A DNA stretch of 55,540 bases from an uncultured Candidatus Poseidoniales archaeon (GCA_905182725.1 CAJJCQ010000016.1:1-55540), one strand, 5' to 3'. Shown: positions 39,691 through 49,751, counted from the stretch's first letter. The notes: generated by a model not told the origin, from the sequence alone. Translations and numbers: made by a program.

Positions 39691-40044
39691 TCAAACAATA
39701 TCTTCAAGTAATTCAAATTTGAACATTTGATTTGAACCATCATATTCCATTGAAGCAAAGATAACTTTGACATCTCGTTCTTCAAATGGGTCGTGGATGT
39801 AAGGCTGCCCTGACCGGAACATGATTAGAACTCGCTTGTAATCATCAAGCGTGATCTCCCCCGATACGGTGTAAGCGGCCGACTCAGAGCCTTCATCATG
39901 CAAATCATCGCCTTCTTCACCACGAATAATTGTACGTGTAAGGCGGCGAGTGAGACGGACTTTCATGTCACAATTAGGAATACGGACCCAATCCGCACTC
40001 GTTGTTCCTGATGCGGGGCGAATAAAAAAATCGATACCAGCCAT
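39691..40044 (-). CDS. Small beta-rich protein, weakly resembling phage tail-tube-initiator/Mu DNA circularisation N-terminal domain
   Basis: RRLTRTIIRGEEGDDLHDEGSESAAYTVSGEI...YIHDPF...VKVIF pattern; CDS is solid, family call is speculative. Confidence 0.4.
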   Translation of the reverse strand: MAGIDFFIRPASGTTSADWVRIPNCDMKVRLTRRLTRTIIRGEEGDDLHDEGSESAAYTVSGEITLDDYKRVLIMFRSGQPYIHDPFEERDVKVIFASMEYDGSNQMFKFELLEDIV

Positions 40045-40104
40045 ATGTGAACCTCTAATTTACCCACGCAGTGGTAAGGACTTCAATGTTGGGGGCAGAA
40101 ATCA

Positions 40105-41043
40105 TCACGCTACGATTCTAAACCAACCAAATCTTGGCTCATGAAGTGTCCCTTCGTTTGAAAGTTCATCGAGTTTTTCTTCTGCAAGAGTTCGGTCAAA
40201 TCCACGTGCAACTGTATTGGTCAAAACGGTCTCGAAATCAACACCATCGCCTTGGTCAAGTTGTTCGATAATCGATACAATCGTGTCCTTTACTTCATTT
40301 TCGCCGCCTGCAGCAGCATCTCCACTCTCGCCATCTGCATCAGTACTTGGGGCGGGTGCAGCAACTGGTTGACTGGCAGCCTCCATTCGCCCTTCGGCAA
40401 TATCCAAAGCCTGCATGATGTTGAGTGTGTAATTTTCAATCTCAATATCCCCGTAATGGTTACGAGCAACAAGAAGTCCATCGATCATATGTTCTGGTAT
40501 TTCAGCAGCAACCATGCCTTCTCGAGTTGGCTCAGCGGATAAGGAATCCGTGAAATGCTTCATTCTCTGTAGCGTGTCCTCGCATGTTCGAGTGAGCCAA
40601 AGAGCATACTGTTGCGCATCAATTTCACAGGCTTCTTCAGGACGAAGTGAGGTGTAAATCGCCCCTTCATCGGTTTGATACCATTTTGATTTTGCAACCA
40701 TGAGAAGGAGAACAGGTTCACCTGCTTCGATTTTCTTCACCAATTCCAAGGTAAGTTCACGCATCGATTCACTTGCATAATCTCCAACAGAAAAGTAATG
40801 AACACCTGAAGGGTCACGCATCTGTCCTTGATAGAGCGATGAACCATTGGAAGTTTCTCGAACTTCAAGTCGTTCCAAAAGTCCTGCTACCACGACTCGG
40901 TTGACTTTTGCCCCAAGTTTCGTAATTACAAAGGAAGGGTCGTATTCGCCCGAGCCTTTCTCATTGAGTGTAGCCTCACTAAATTCAGAGGCCAGTATGT
41001 GCCAAGCCGGTTGACGCTTTGCCCGTGTAGTTCCAGCTTGCAT
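40105..41043 (-). CDS. RPA-associated/RPA32-like OB-fold protein with C-terminal winged helix
   Basis: RQPAWHILASEF, PSFVITKLGAKVNRVVVAG, RDPSG, SLRPE, C-terminal LDELSNEGTLHEPRFG; TGATG coupling to upstream rpa. Confidence 0.85.
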   Translation of the reverse strand: MQAGTTRAKRQPAWHILASEFSEATLNEKGSGEYDPSFVITKLGAKVNRVVVAGLLERLEVRETSNGSSLYQGQMRDPSGVHYFSVGDYASESMRELTLELVKKIEAGEPVLLLMVAKSKWYQTDEGAIYTSLRPEEACEIDAQQYALWLTRTCEDTLQRMKHFTDSLSAEPTREGMVAAEIPEHMIDGLLVARNHYGDIEIENYTLNIMQALDIAEGRMEAASQPVAAPAPSTDADGESGDAAAGGENEVKDTIVSIIEQLDQGDGVDFETVLTNTVARGFDRTLAEEKLDELSNEGTLHEPRFGWFRIVA

Positions 41044-42752
41044 CAAGAAACCCTCCATTGAGCACGTATTTCAGTCGCCCGTAAACCAGCATCTTCCTCA
41101 ATCATTGAAGCACCATCTGCAAGCAGCATAGCACCCTGTTCATCGACGATACTACGGCCTGAAGCGTTCATTTTACGTCCGAGCATCTTTCCACGCAAGG
41201 ACTGGACAAAAGCAACCTGCCCAACATCGTCAATAGCACCTTGAAGTTCCGATTCAGTCATTCCAAGAAGACTCAATGTTGCCTCTTTATTGGTCAACAC
41301 GGATACGCTGGAAAGACCATTATCAATTGCTAAACGCAATCTTACGTCACTGTTTCCATCATTTGGACCATGGTCGGCGCATACGCCTTCACGGAGCACT
41401 CGACGGCATTCTGTGCATCGTAGGATGAAACCTGAATCTTCACGAACACTGACGACAAGAGCACTGGTCGAGATTCCTACTCGACTTGCACCAGTCGAGA
41501 GTTCATGTAGAGCAACCTCAACGGTATGATTTTTCAAATCCAATTCGCTGTCCCAAGGTGGGGCATCGAGTATTTCGACTTGGTCTGCATCATCAACGGT
41601 AATATCTGGTATTCCTTGCCAAGCACGAACACGCACTCCCTTGAGACGAACTGTTAACGGCAATTGGTCTTCAGTAATAGGAAGTTCATTCCATGCACTC
41701 ATACGGCAACGACCGGTTGGGTCAGCGATTTGACCTGACCAGAGGAAGCGTTCTTCGCCATCCTTGGTGAACGTGCGTTTTGCCCATTCAGTGATCTGAA
41801 CGATTGCATCAACATCTTTTGCTCCATCTCGAAGTTCTGATAGCGTAACCATTGTTTGTTCAGAGAGTGCCTCGACATCGGCAAAATTCTTGTCGTGATA
41901 GACTTCAACTTTGGTCGTTCGTCCGAAATTGAGTTCAGGTGTATCCCTGAATGTTCGGACTTGAGCACCTTCAATCTTGAGAAGCGTTCCGACTTCGTGA
42001 GCGAGTGGTTCCCAAGAAAGGAAGCCAATCGTACCTGTTTCGTCAGCCAAACGACCTCGAATGACCTCAATCGAACCGGAACCATCCTTACGATGAATCT
42101 GGTCCGGGCGTGTGGCAAGAATTCGCCCAACAATGCAGACATAACCATCAGATGGCAAAGTCGAGATGTCTTGGGGTTCACCTGGTGCTACAATAGGCCG
42201 TGTACCTTCACGAATCACGGCAATACGAGTGGATTGGTTGATGTTCAGTGACATCTTACCTTGATATTCATTGACAGATGCACCTTCAATTCGGACAACA
42301 GATCCAGGAGTGATATTCGAATTAGGACCCCAGTCTTTGAATTCCCAACGGGTTTTCTCTCCGTTTTCTTCCCAAGGATTATCTTCGAGAAGTCCGAAGG
42401 CGATTTGCTTTTCTTCGCCTCGAATGGTTTGGTCACGAATGTTATGAGAAATAATTTCTACTTCGATTTCAATTTCGCGGTCATCGCCTTTCAATTCGCT
42501 TAATCGGCTTACCTTACGTGTAGGCTTAGGCGCAGATGAACCTCCAGAGGCTCCTGAACTACCTGAACTACCGGATGACGGCGTGGGTGTCGTTTCACCT
42601 TTGAAACGTCGCAGAATCGAACGCATAGCATCTTGGGGCGGAATGAAGAACTCAGTTTCGTATTTTGCAAAAGCTGCAGATACGGCTTCAGGATCAGCGT
42701 CAGGGCATTCGGCAAGTATCGACTTGACGTGGGTTTCGTATTTTTCAGACAT
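41043..42752 (-). CDS. rpa: Replication protein A large subunit (multiple OB folds + Zn finger)
   Basis: GRLADETGTIGFLSW, GQIADPTGRCRMSAW, RCTECRRVL...CADHG...DVRLRLAIDNG; GGAGGT RBS before ATG 42752. Confidence 0.9.
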   Translation of the reverse strand: MSEKYETHVKSILAECPDADPEAVSAAFAKYETEFFIPPQDAMRSILRRFKGETTPTPSSGSSGSSGASGGSSAPKPTRKVSRLSELKGDDREIEIEVEIISHNIRDQTIRGEEKQIAFGLLEDNPWEENGEKTRWEFKDWGPNSNITPGSVVRIEGASVNEYQGKMSLNINQSTRIAVIREGTRPIVAPGEPQDISTLPSDGYVCIVGRILATRPDQIHRKDGSGSIEVIRGRLADETGTIGFLSWEPLAHEVGTLLKIEGAQVRTFRDTPELNFGRTTKVEVYHDKNFADVEALSEQTMVTLSELRDGAKDVDAIVQITEWAKRTFTKDGEERFLWSGQIADPTGRCRMSAWNELPITEDQLPLTVRLKGVRVRAWQGIPDITVDDADQVEILDAPPWDSELDLKNHTVEVALHELSTGASRVGISTSALVVSVREDSGFILRCTECRRVLREGVCADHGPNDGNSDVRLRLAIDNGLSSVSVLTNKEATLSLLGMTESELQGAIDDVGQVAFVQSLRGKMLGRKMNASGRSIVDEQGAMLLADGASMIEEDAGLRATEIRAQWRVS

Positions 42753-42943
42753 TGCAATGACCTCCGCCAGGCGTGTTCGTTCGGGGCCTGTACGGAGAAC
42801 AGGCTGCGGGCTTTCGTGCGGGTTGGTTGAGACTGTACACTCCCTTGACCTCCATGGATAACTACAGGAGAGACGACAGGCCATAAAGAATGCCGTGAAG
42901 TTTGTTCCTTTCTGATGATTATCGAATCAAGTGACTGAGAGAC

Positions 42944-44353
42944 TTAGGCGGGGTTGATTCGCAGCCCTTGCATCAATAACACATCGGGAAGGTGCATGTT
43001 GCCGGAGGAATACGAACCTTGGATGCGAACATCATCTCCAAGGTACACATCCTGAGAAAGAGCCTTGGCAAGATTGCCAGATAAACCAGCCTGCTTGACC
43101 GGTCCGAGTATCTGCCCACCTTCAACGCGTAACAGTGTACTCGAGGTGACTGAAAAATCGCCACTGGTTGGGTTTGCAGTATGCGCACCCATGACACTGT
43201 GGACGATGTAACCGTCTTCCATTCGTTCGAGAAGAGCATCTTGCGATGAACTTTTCAACGAAGAAACCATTTGTAAATCAGCACAACCTGTACCTGGTGG
43301 GCTTTGATGGCTACCACGAACTGCACAGCCGTTGGTTTCTGCATGGTCAATACGACCTTCTGCAACTTGTTGCGCAGCATCTCTGGTCGACCACATAGAA
43401 CCAACCAAACGCCCGTTTTCGATTAAGGTTTGGCGACGAGTTGGAACACCTTCTCCATCGCGAGAAGAAGACGACCTACCGCCTTCCATTCTCCCATCGT
43501 CAATGAGTGAAAGATCACCAGCAAGCACAAGTTCTCCCTGCTTACCAGACCAGAAGGATTCATCTCGAGCCAATCGGTCACCTCGAATTGCAGTAGGTAC
43601 AACCATTGAAAATAATGGAGAAAAACCTTCACTGGTCATCAAAACAGGCGTATCATGTGCCTCTGAATTCACTTCGATTGGACCACGTGTTTTCTGTGCC
43701 CAATCAACAGCAACTGCAATACAATCAGGAACATTTGGCAGACGTTGACAACTCGAATCGCCTTCATAAGAACTGGTCAATTCATCATCAGCATCGATGG
43801 AGACTTGAATCCCCATCCCATGAGAAGTTGTCACACCACTTGATTCGATTCCTTCGCTCGAATAAATGGCGGTAGCACTTGCGCCAACACCTAATCCACC
43901 ACCGGTAACTACGGCTCGATCATCGAGTGAAGCAACTTCACTCAAGATTGCATCAGCTTGTTCAAGTAAATCTTCAGGACCGATGCTGAGAATGTTTTTG
44001 TCAAACAATCCACCAACTTTTTTGGCCGTTTGCTCGCTTGGAAGAACAAAACCTTTCACTGAAGGTGAGACTTTAGCGATATCACGGGCTTGTTTAAGAG
44101 CGTAATCGGCAGAACCTAAATCGACAAGGTAGGCATAACCAAATCGGCCATCTTCGACAACCCGAATACCATATCCACCTTCACCACCTCCGGCAGCAAG
44201 AGCAATTTTACCTGCTTCAATGTCGATACTGTGACCGTACGATTGTGTAGCTACAATTTCCCATTGCTGAATTCCTTGTGCTTGACAGATTTTTCCGATG
44301 GTTCGGCAACCTTCTGTAATACGGTCTAGTGCATCATCTGGTAACATGTTCAT
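42944..44353 (-). CDS. pmbA: TldE/PmbA family protein
   Basis: GIRVVEDGRFGYA, DGEGVPTRRQTLIENGRL, GAHTANPTSGDFS; no HExxxH. Confidence 0.9.
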   Translation of the reverse strand: MNMLPDDALDRITEGCRTIGKICQAQGIQQWEIVATQSYGHSIDIEAGKIALAAGGGEGGYGIRVVEDGRFGYAYLVDLGSADYALKQARDIAKVSPSVKGFVLPSEQTAKKVGGLFDKNILSIGPEDLLEQADAILSEVASLDDRAVVTGGGLGVGASATAIYSSEGIESSGVTTSHGMGIQVSIDADDELTSSYEGDSSCQRLPNVPDCIAVAVDWAQKTRGPIEVNSEAHDTPVLMTSEGFSPLFSMVVPTAIRGDRLARDESFWSGKQGELVLAGDLSLIDDGRMEGGRSSSSRDGEGVPTRRQTLIENGRLVGSMWSTRDAAQQVAEGRIDHAETNGCAVRGSHQSPPGTGCADLQMVSSLKSSSQDALLERMEDGYIVHSVMGAHTANPTSGDFSVTSSTLLRVEGGQILGPVKQAGLSGNLAKALSQDVYLGDDVRIQGSYSSGNMHLPDVLLMQGLRINPA

Positions 44354-45792
44354 CCCACCAATGCTTGAGAAATGCGCATAATTGGGCCGCCGTCACCAAC
44401 TGGAACGGTTTGTCCTTTACCACAGAAACCAGGAGCGGCAAGACGGGCATCCCGAGTCAATCCATCGACGTCCTTGAGAATCTGAAGCGTCAAACCACTC
44501 ACGCTTACATCTTTCAATGGACGGGTGATTTCTCCGTTTTCAATTAACCAGGCTTCTTGAGCTGCAAATTGGAATGAACCTCGGCCTGTATCGACTTGAC
44601 CGCCTCGTGAACCACAAGCAAAAACGCCGTACTGGATGTCTTCCATCAATTCATCAACGTCATTATGTGTTCCGCCTTTGATCAACGTGTTCGACATACG
44701 AACAAGTGGGTGATGGAGGCCATCTTGGGCTCGGGCACCAGCATTTGGTTCAATGCCAAAGTGATGGGCTGATTCACGATGATTGAGATATTCGGTAAGA
44801 ACGCCGTTCTGGATGAGGTTTTTCTCACGGGTATCGAGTCCTTCATCATCGATTGGATGGGCGCCGTAGCCACCACGAATCGTTGGGTCATCGACTACGG
44901 ATACAATGTCATTACCAATGGTTTGACCGAGTTTTCCGGCCAGACATGAGTCTCCTGCTGCCACAAGGTCAGCCTCACAAGGGTGACCGAGTGCTTCGTG
45001 AATGTAAACGCCCGTCAAGTCACGGTCGGCAATCAATGGTAACTTACCAGAAGGAGCTCGTTCTGCTTTGAGGAGGCGTAGGGTGGCGATTCGGGCCGAT
45101 TCGCCAAGTTCTCCAAGGTCACATGCTTCGATGACTTCAAGACCACCTTCTCCGCCATGCCTTGTTCTATAGGAGACGACTTCCCCGCCGTCTCGGCCGG
45201 TAACACTTGCATTGATGAGTGAACGCTGGAAGGACCAAACTCGATTCATTCCTTCACTGGTCATCAGTTCAGTATGGAGGTGCTCATCGCTCCAACCACA
45301 GGTCACTGAAATAATTCGGTCATCATCTGCAGCACTGTTATGAAGTGTGTTCAAATGGTCGATTTTAGTTTGTAAATCAGTATTTCGGACATCTTGCTTT
45401 GGCTTCCAATGAATCTCGTCCTCTAGGATTGGAACTTCTGCCAACTGAACCGGTCGATCTTTGGAAGAACGACGAGCAGCAACTGCTTTTGCCAGTCGAA
45501 CGGTTGATTCAATTTGGGATGGTAGGGAGACTAAATCTGTCGTCGAATGAACGCCCCATGCCCCGTCTGCCAATATTCTCAAGGTGACGCCGACTTCTTG
45601 GCCAGGAATTGCTCGCTCAAGTTTTGCATCTCGAAGAGCAACGCTCGAATCAGTAATCGCCATCAATCGAACTTCTGCATACGATGCACCAAGGTCCTGT
45701 GCTTGGTCAAGCGCAGCTTGTATTTTCGATTGGTCGAGGTATCGACCGGTACTCGGCCTATGCTCATCGGTTGGACTTGCGCTCATCACCAT
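44350..45792 (-). CDS. tldD: TldD family metalloprotease
   Basis: HEALGHPCEAD, DDEG, RMSNT, GGQVD, CGKGQTVPVGDGGP. Confidence 0.93.
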   Translation of the reverse strand: MVMSASPTDEHRPSTGRYLDQSKIQAALDQAQDLGASYAEVRLMAITDSSVALRDAKLERAIPGQEVGVTLRILADGAWGVHSTTDLVSLPSQIESTVRLAKAVAARRSSKDRPVQLAEVPILEDEIHWKPKQDVRNTDLQTKIDHLNTLHNSAADDDRIISVTCGWSDEHLHTELMTSEGMNRVWSFQRSLINASVTGRDGGEVVSYRTRHGGEGGLEVIEACDLGELGESARIATLRLLKAERAPSGKLPLIADRDLTGVYIHEALGHPCEADLVAAGDSCLAGKLGQTIGNDIVSVVDDPTIRGGYGAHPIDDEGLDTREKNLIQNGVLTEYLNHRESAHHFGIEPNAGARAQDGLHHPLVRMSNTLIKGGTHNDVDELMEDIQYGVFACGSRGGQVDTGRGSFQFAAQEAWLIENGEITRPLKDVSVSGLTLQILKDVDGLTRDARLAAPGFCGKGQTVPVGDGGPIMRISQALVG

Positions 45793-45843
45793 ACAGGGAC
45801 CCTAGGTGCAATGGTGTTTGAACTCTGCTCTATTTCGTTTCGC

Positions 45844-46401
45844 TCACGAGGTGAATTCAGACGAGAGGATATGGCCTAAAAGGGCAGATTCGGTGAGGAC
45901 TTCGTGTTCAAATTCGAATTTCATTCCCAAACGAATTGCACCTGTTTTGGAAAGAACATACCCTTTGTCATCGGCTTCGAGTTCAAGTTGAGAAAACATG
46001 GAGGTGGCTTGAGATTGGACCTCCTCAAAGTCATACTTGACTGCTTGGCAATCGGTTTGAGTGTCATCTGTTGCTGTTGCTTCAGGCAAGAAAAGAACAA
46101 ACCCAGCAAGGTCAGCGTTTCGAACCCCCGCCCGTTTGAATGCTTCAGACACGTGGTGTGTTCCTGAAAGATAACGCAAAAACTCGGCGTCGAGTGAACG
46201 GGCCAAGGAACTCTTTCGAATCCATCTGCGAGATGCACACATCCATGCAGTCCATAATTGAAGATCGGATTGTATACATCCATCCCCGACCATCACCCAT
46301 TGAGAGTTTGGACGAAGTTCAAGAAATGTGCCGAGGAGGCTTTTGGCATCGACAGGATCCCCTGAACGCCAAGCAAAGCATGGGAACGGAGGTTGTGCCA
46401 T
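45844..46401 (-). CDS. cgi121: KEOPS complex subunit Cgi121
   Basis: ARSLDAEFLRYLSGTHHVSEAFKRAGV; downstream of hel308 as often seen in Euryarchaeota; start trimmed to ATG 46401. Confidence 0.8.
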   Translation of the reverse strand: MAQPPFPCFAWRSGDPVDAKSLLGTFLELRPNSQWVMVGDGCIQSDLQLWTAWMCASRRWIRKSSLARSLDAEFLRYLSGTHHVSEAFKRAGVRNADLAGFVLFLPEATATDDTQTDCQAVKYDFEEVQSQATSMFSQLELEADDKGYVLSKTGAIRLGMKFEFEHEVLTESALLGHILSSEFTS

Positions 46402-46426
46402 GGTGAATCCAGAGGGGGATTCTCTT

Positions 46427-49018
46427 TCAATTATCCGATGAAGATTCATCCGAAAGAGGAACATCATCATCACGGTGGGTGACCCGTTTGTTTGATGAGT
46501 CAGGCGATTCAGGGCGCCGAAGAACTTTTTCAACTTCTTTGTGGATCTTTTCGAGCAGTAATGGCCCCCAGCCACGTTTTGCTAAGAGTTGATTTCGAGT
46601 TGGCCGGTCCATGGCCATGACATCTTTCGGTGTTCGAATGCCCATACCTGCCAATTCACGTGCACGAGCACGCCCAATATTTTTGATATTGACCAATTGC
46701 AACAAGTCTGGTTTACAACCGTGACGGATACGTTGCCGTAACATGTCCAGCATCGTAGCAATTTCACCAATAGTTGAGAGATGTTCTTCCGCAAAGACAT
46801 CATCCGTCAAAAGAACCTGTTGACCAGCAGCCAGAAGCCAACCCATGAGGTCAACTCGATAATTGACATCCCCAGGACTTACATCAAGATCGCTTTCGAT
46901 GGTGCGTAAGGTTTCTTCTTCCATCCACTTTTCGAGCATCCATGCTGATTTGACTTTACCAAGTAATCGCTCTTCGAGTGTATCATCTGCAAGTAATTCA
47001 TCTTCGACTGCATTGGTTTTGAGCCAAAGAGAAGAACTCCGCTCCATTTCCGAATTCTTTGCCCAGAGTGGTAAGAAATCCGGTGTTGAAGTTGCTAAAT
47101 GCATCAGGCCAAATTCAGTCACTGAACCGCTTTGACGAACCTTGCGTCGAACTGCTCTTCGTAGGCCAGTTCGTAAGATCGATGCGGAAAGCGGGTCGAG
47201 GTAGAGTTGAGTGATTCGTTCCCCCATCAGGGTTGCTTCATACTCCATTGATGAATGGTCATTGCCGGAAGGAGCCGACCAACCTCCTACCTGAGATAAA
47301 TCAGAAGCAGAAGTGAAGCCCAAAGATGCCTGTGTAAAGGCAGAGGATGATTTTTGTGGTGGATTCTGTTGTGCTCGGCTTGAACGCAATTCAACGCCAC
47401 CGGTCGATTGGGCAATGGATGCCCAAATTGGCATTTCATCGTCCCAGTTCTCTTCTTTGCCGTCACCAACTTGGGCATCAGCACGGCGTTGGGCATAGGC
47501 TTCATCAATTCCTTTTTTGCGAATAAAGCGTTCATCAACTAACCAATTGAGCATCTCATCAAGACGTTCATTGAGCAGTGTTTTAGAAATTGTAGCTCCA
47601 AGGAAAGTGGCTGCAAAGAAATCACCAATCTCACCACGATGACGAAACCCTCCTGTTGCAATGGAGGCCAAAAGATGGACACGTAATGCTGGTTCACTTG
47701 CTAATTTAGACGAAATTGATTCCACGGGTCCAAAGAAATACCGTTCGCTGACATCATCAGCGATGCCCCAGCCATCTGTTCCTTTACACAAGACCCATGC
47801 TTCTCCAAAACTATCGTACTTTGGACGGCCAGCTCTGCCAAGCATCTGTCGTACCTCCATTACAGGAAGTGGACGACTCATTCCATCATCCCAACGCTTG
47901 AGGTCACGAACCAAAACTCTTCGAGCAGGTAAATTCACACCTGCTGCAAGTGTTGGAGTCGCTGTTAATCCAATGAGTAAACCTTCTTTAAAAGCGCCTT
48001 CAATGGCTTTTCGTTGCCCATGGGTCAAGCCTGCATGATGGAATGCAATACCGCCTCGAATTGATTCTGCCAATCGTTCTGCCATTGCTGTTTGACTACG
48101 ACCTTCAAGCGTTGAAGCGAAGTGCTCTAAGCGCTTTAATCGATCTGGGTCTTCCTTTTTAAGTCGCTTTTCAACTCGTTTTGCAAGTTTCAAAGCCTCA
48201 GATTGTGCACTTCGTCGAGTTCCGACAAAAATCAACACTTGTCCATCTTGGTCAATTGTATCATTGACTACAACCCAACTCGGATGGGATTTTGGTCCTT
48301 CAAGGTCACGCGGTGGTTGAAGAACATCTGCTTCGGTCGACATACCTGCCGATTGAACAAGTCGTGGTTCAAGATGAAGGTCATGGAATGTACTGTATTC
48401 TAAAGCAACGGGTCGCCATGAAGAAAGTACAAGATTTGCATCTAACCAAGCGGCGAGTTCTTCACAATTGCCAACCGTAGCAGAAAGAGCGATGATTTGT
48501 GCTTTCGGGCGAAGATACCGTAATCGAGTGAGATTTATTTCGAGGGTCGGGCCACGAGTTGAATCATTCATAAGATGAAATTCATCAGCGACAACAATCG
48601 AGACATTGGCCATCAATTCAGATCGGTTTCGCATCAAGGAATCGAGTTTCTCGGAAGTGCAGACCAGAATATCACAATCGTCAATTTTTTTGGCTTCTCC
48701 TGATGCATCGCCAATGCCAAGACCAACGGTTAATCCGACCGAGCCACCTAAAGCAACCAAATCTTCATGTTTTTCACTTGCCAAGGCTTTGAGAGGAACA
48801 ATATACACTGCTTTTGAACCGGGGTCATCGATCAGTAGACGGCGAATTATTCCAATGTAAGCAACTAACGACTTACCGCTTGCAGTTGGAATTGCAAGTA
48901 ATGTATTGGCACCAGACATCACACTCGGCATTGCCTCCTGTTGAGGAGGGTGGAGTTGTTTGATCCCCCATGTATTGGTTAAGAAATCAAGTGCCTTTGG
49001 AGGCAAATCTAAGGCCAT
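46427..49018 (-). CDS. hel308: Ski2-like SF2 DNA helicase Hel308/Hjm
   Basis: IPTASGKS, VPLKALASEK, DEFH, LSAT, FHHAGL, TPTLAAGVNLPA, QMLGRAGRP, C-terminal IGRARAR; start 49018 or 49042. Confidence 0.93.
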   Translation of the reverse strand: MALDLPPKALDFLTNTWGIKQLHPPQQEAMPSVMSGANTLLAIPTASGKSLVAYIGIIRRLLIDDPGSKAVYIVPLKALASEKHEDLVALGGSVGLTVGLGIGDASGEAKKIDDCDILVCTSEKLDSLMRNRSELMANVSIVVADEFHLMNDSTRGPTLEINLTRLRYLRPKAQIIALSATVGNCEELAAWLDANLVLSSWRPVALEYSTFHDLHLEPRLVQSAGMSTEADVLQPPRDLEGPKSHPSWVVVNDTIDQDGQVLIFVGTRRSAQSEALKLAKRVEKRLKKEDPDRLKRLEHFASTLEGRSQTAMAERLAESIRGGIAFHHAGLTHGQRKAIEGAFKEGLLIGLTATPTLAAGVNLPARRVLVRDLKRWDDGMSRPLPVMEVRQMLGRAGRPKYDSFGEAWVLCKGTDGWGIADDVSERYFFGPVESISSKLASEPALRVHLLASIATGGFRHRGEIGDFFAATFLGATISKTLLNERLDEMLNWLVDERFIRKKGIDEAYAQRRADAQVGDGKEENWDDEMPIWASIAQSTGGVELRSSRAQQNPPQKSSSAFTQASLGFTSASDLSQVGGWSAPSGNDHSSMEYEATLMGERITQLYLDPLSASILRTGLRRAVRRKVRQSGSVTEFGLMHLATSTPDFLPLWAKNSEMERSSSLWLKTNAVEDELLADDTLEERLLGKVKSAWMLEKWMEEETLRTIESDLDVSPGDVNYRVDLMGWLLAAGQQVLLTDDVFAEEHLSTIGEIATMLDMLRQRIRHGCKPDLLQLVNIKNIGRARARELAGMGIRTPKDVMAMDRPTRNQLLAKRGWGPLLLEKIHKEVEKVLRRPESPDSSNKRVTHRDDDVPLSDESSSDN

Positions 49019-49121
49019 CACAGCCCCCTCGGTCTCCTCCATGGGTTGACAACCGCGCCAACAGTCCAAAAGGACAACGCTTGGAAAGTTTCAATCCGAC
49101 ACCCATAAGACCCCTCTTCCC

Positions 49122-49748
49122 ATGTCCTCACACATGGGCGATGATGTTGAAACAATGGTTGATGAACGACTTTCGGTATTCCAAGACGAACCAGATATGA
49201 ATGACTGGGTGGAAGTTATGTGCGGAGCAGCAATGGCTGTCCTCGGTATTTTTCACCTTGTTCAACCTTGGGAATTCGTCAATCCGGACGTTATGCGTTG
49301 GTTTGCTGCTGCTGTCATCGCAGCCGGTGCAGTTTGGGCTGGACACGGCCTCAAAGACATGGCCGTGAAGGAAATGCGTCGTTCGATTGCCATCCTTGAA
49401 ATGTCACAAAGTGATGATGGTCCAAATCATGGCCTCATTCGAGATGTGCTTCTCAACCCAGATGCATACCGTTCCTTCCTTTTGGAATCCTATGAATCTG
49501 CATGGGAAGATGGAATCATTACAGAAGAAGAATTGGCAGAATTAAAATCCTTCCAAGAGGCTTTGGGCATCACTGATGAAGAGGCTGCAAAGATGAACAT
49601 CGATGCAGTGGTCAAGTCTGCTTCAAAAGATGGAGAAATCTCAGAACGAGAAGAAAAGGATATCAAAGAAGCTGCTGAAATGGCAGGCGTCGATTCTGAT
49701 GAAGTCATTAAAGATGCTAAATCAAAAGCAAAGAAAGGAAAGAAGTGA
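49122..49748 (+). CDS. Two-TM membrane protein with TerB-like acidic helical C-terminus
   Basis: Two TM helices, then repeated AWEDGIITEEE / ASKDGEISERE motif. Confidence 0.55.
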   Translation: MSSHMGDDVETMVDERLSVFQDEPDMNDWVEVMCGAAMAVLGIFHLVQPWEFVNPDVMRWFAAAVIAAGAVWAGHGLKDMAVKEMRRSIAILEMSQSDDGPNHGLIRDVLLNPDAYRSFLLESYESAWEDGIITEEELAELKSFQEALGITDEEAAKMNIDAVVKSASKDGEISEREEKDIKEAAEMAGVDSDEVIKDAKSKAKKGKK

Positions 49749-49751
49749 ACT

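Noticed and set aside
39691-40044. Provirus or contractile injection system
   Set aside because: Only one weakly tail-like gene; no capsid, terminase, sheath, baseplate or integrase genes, and the flanks are housekeeping
42530-42600. Short Ser/Gly-coding repeats in rpa as a tandem repeat element
   Set aside because: Low-complexity flexible linker within a CDS
46402-46575. Long N-terminus of cgi121
   Set aside because: Overlaps the hel308 3' end by about 150 bp; a downstream ATG gives a typical length
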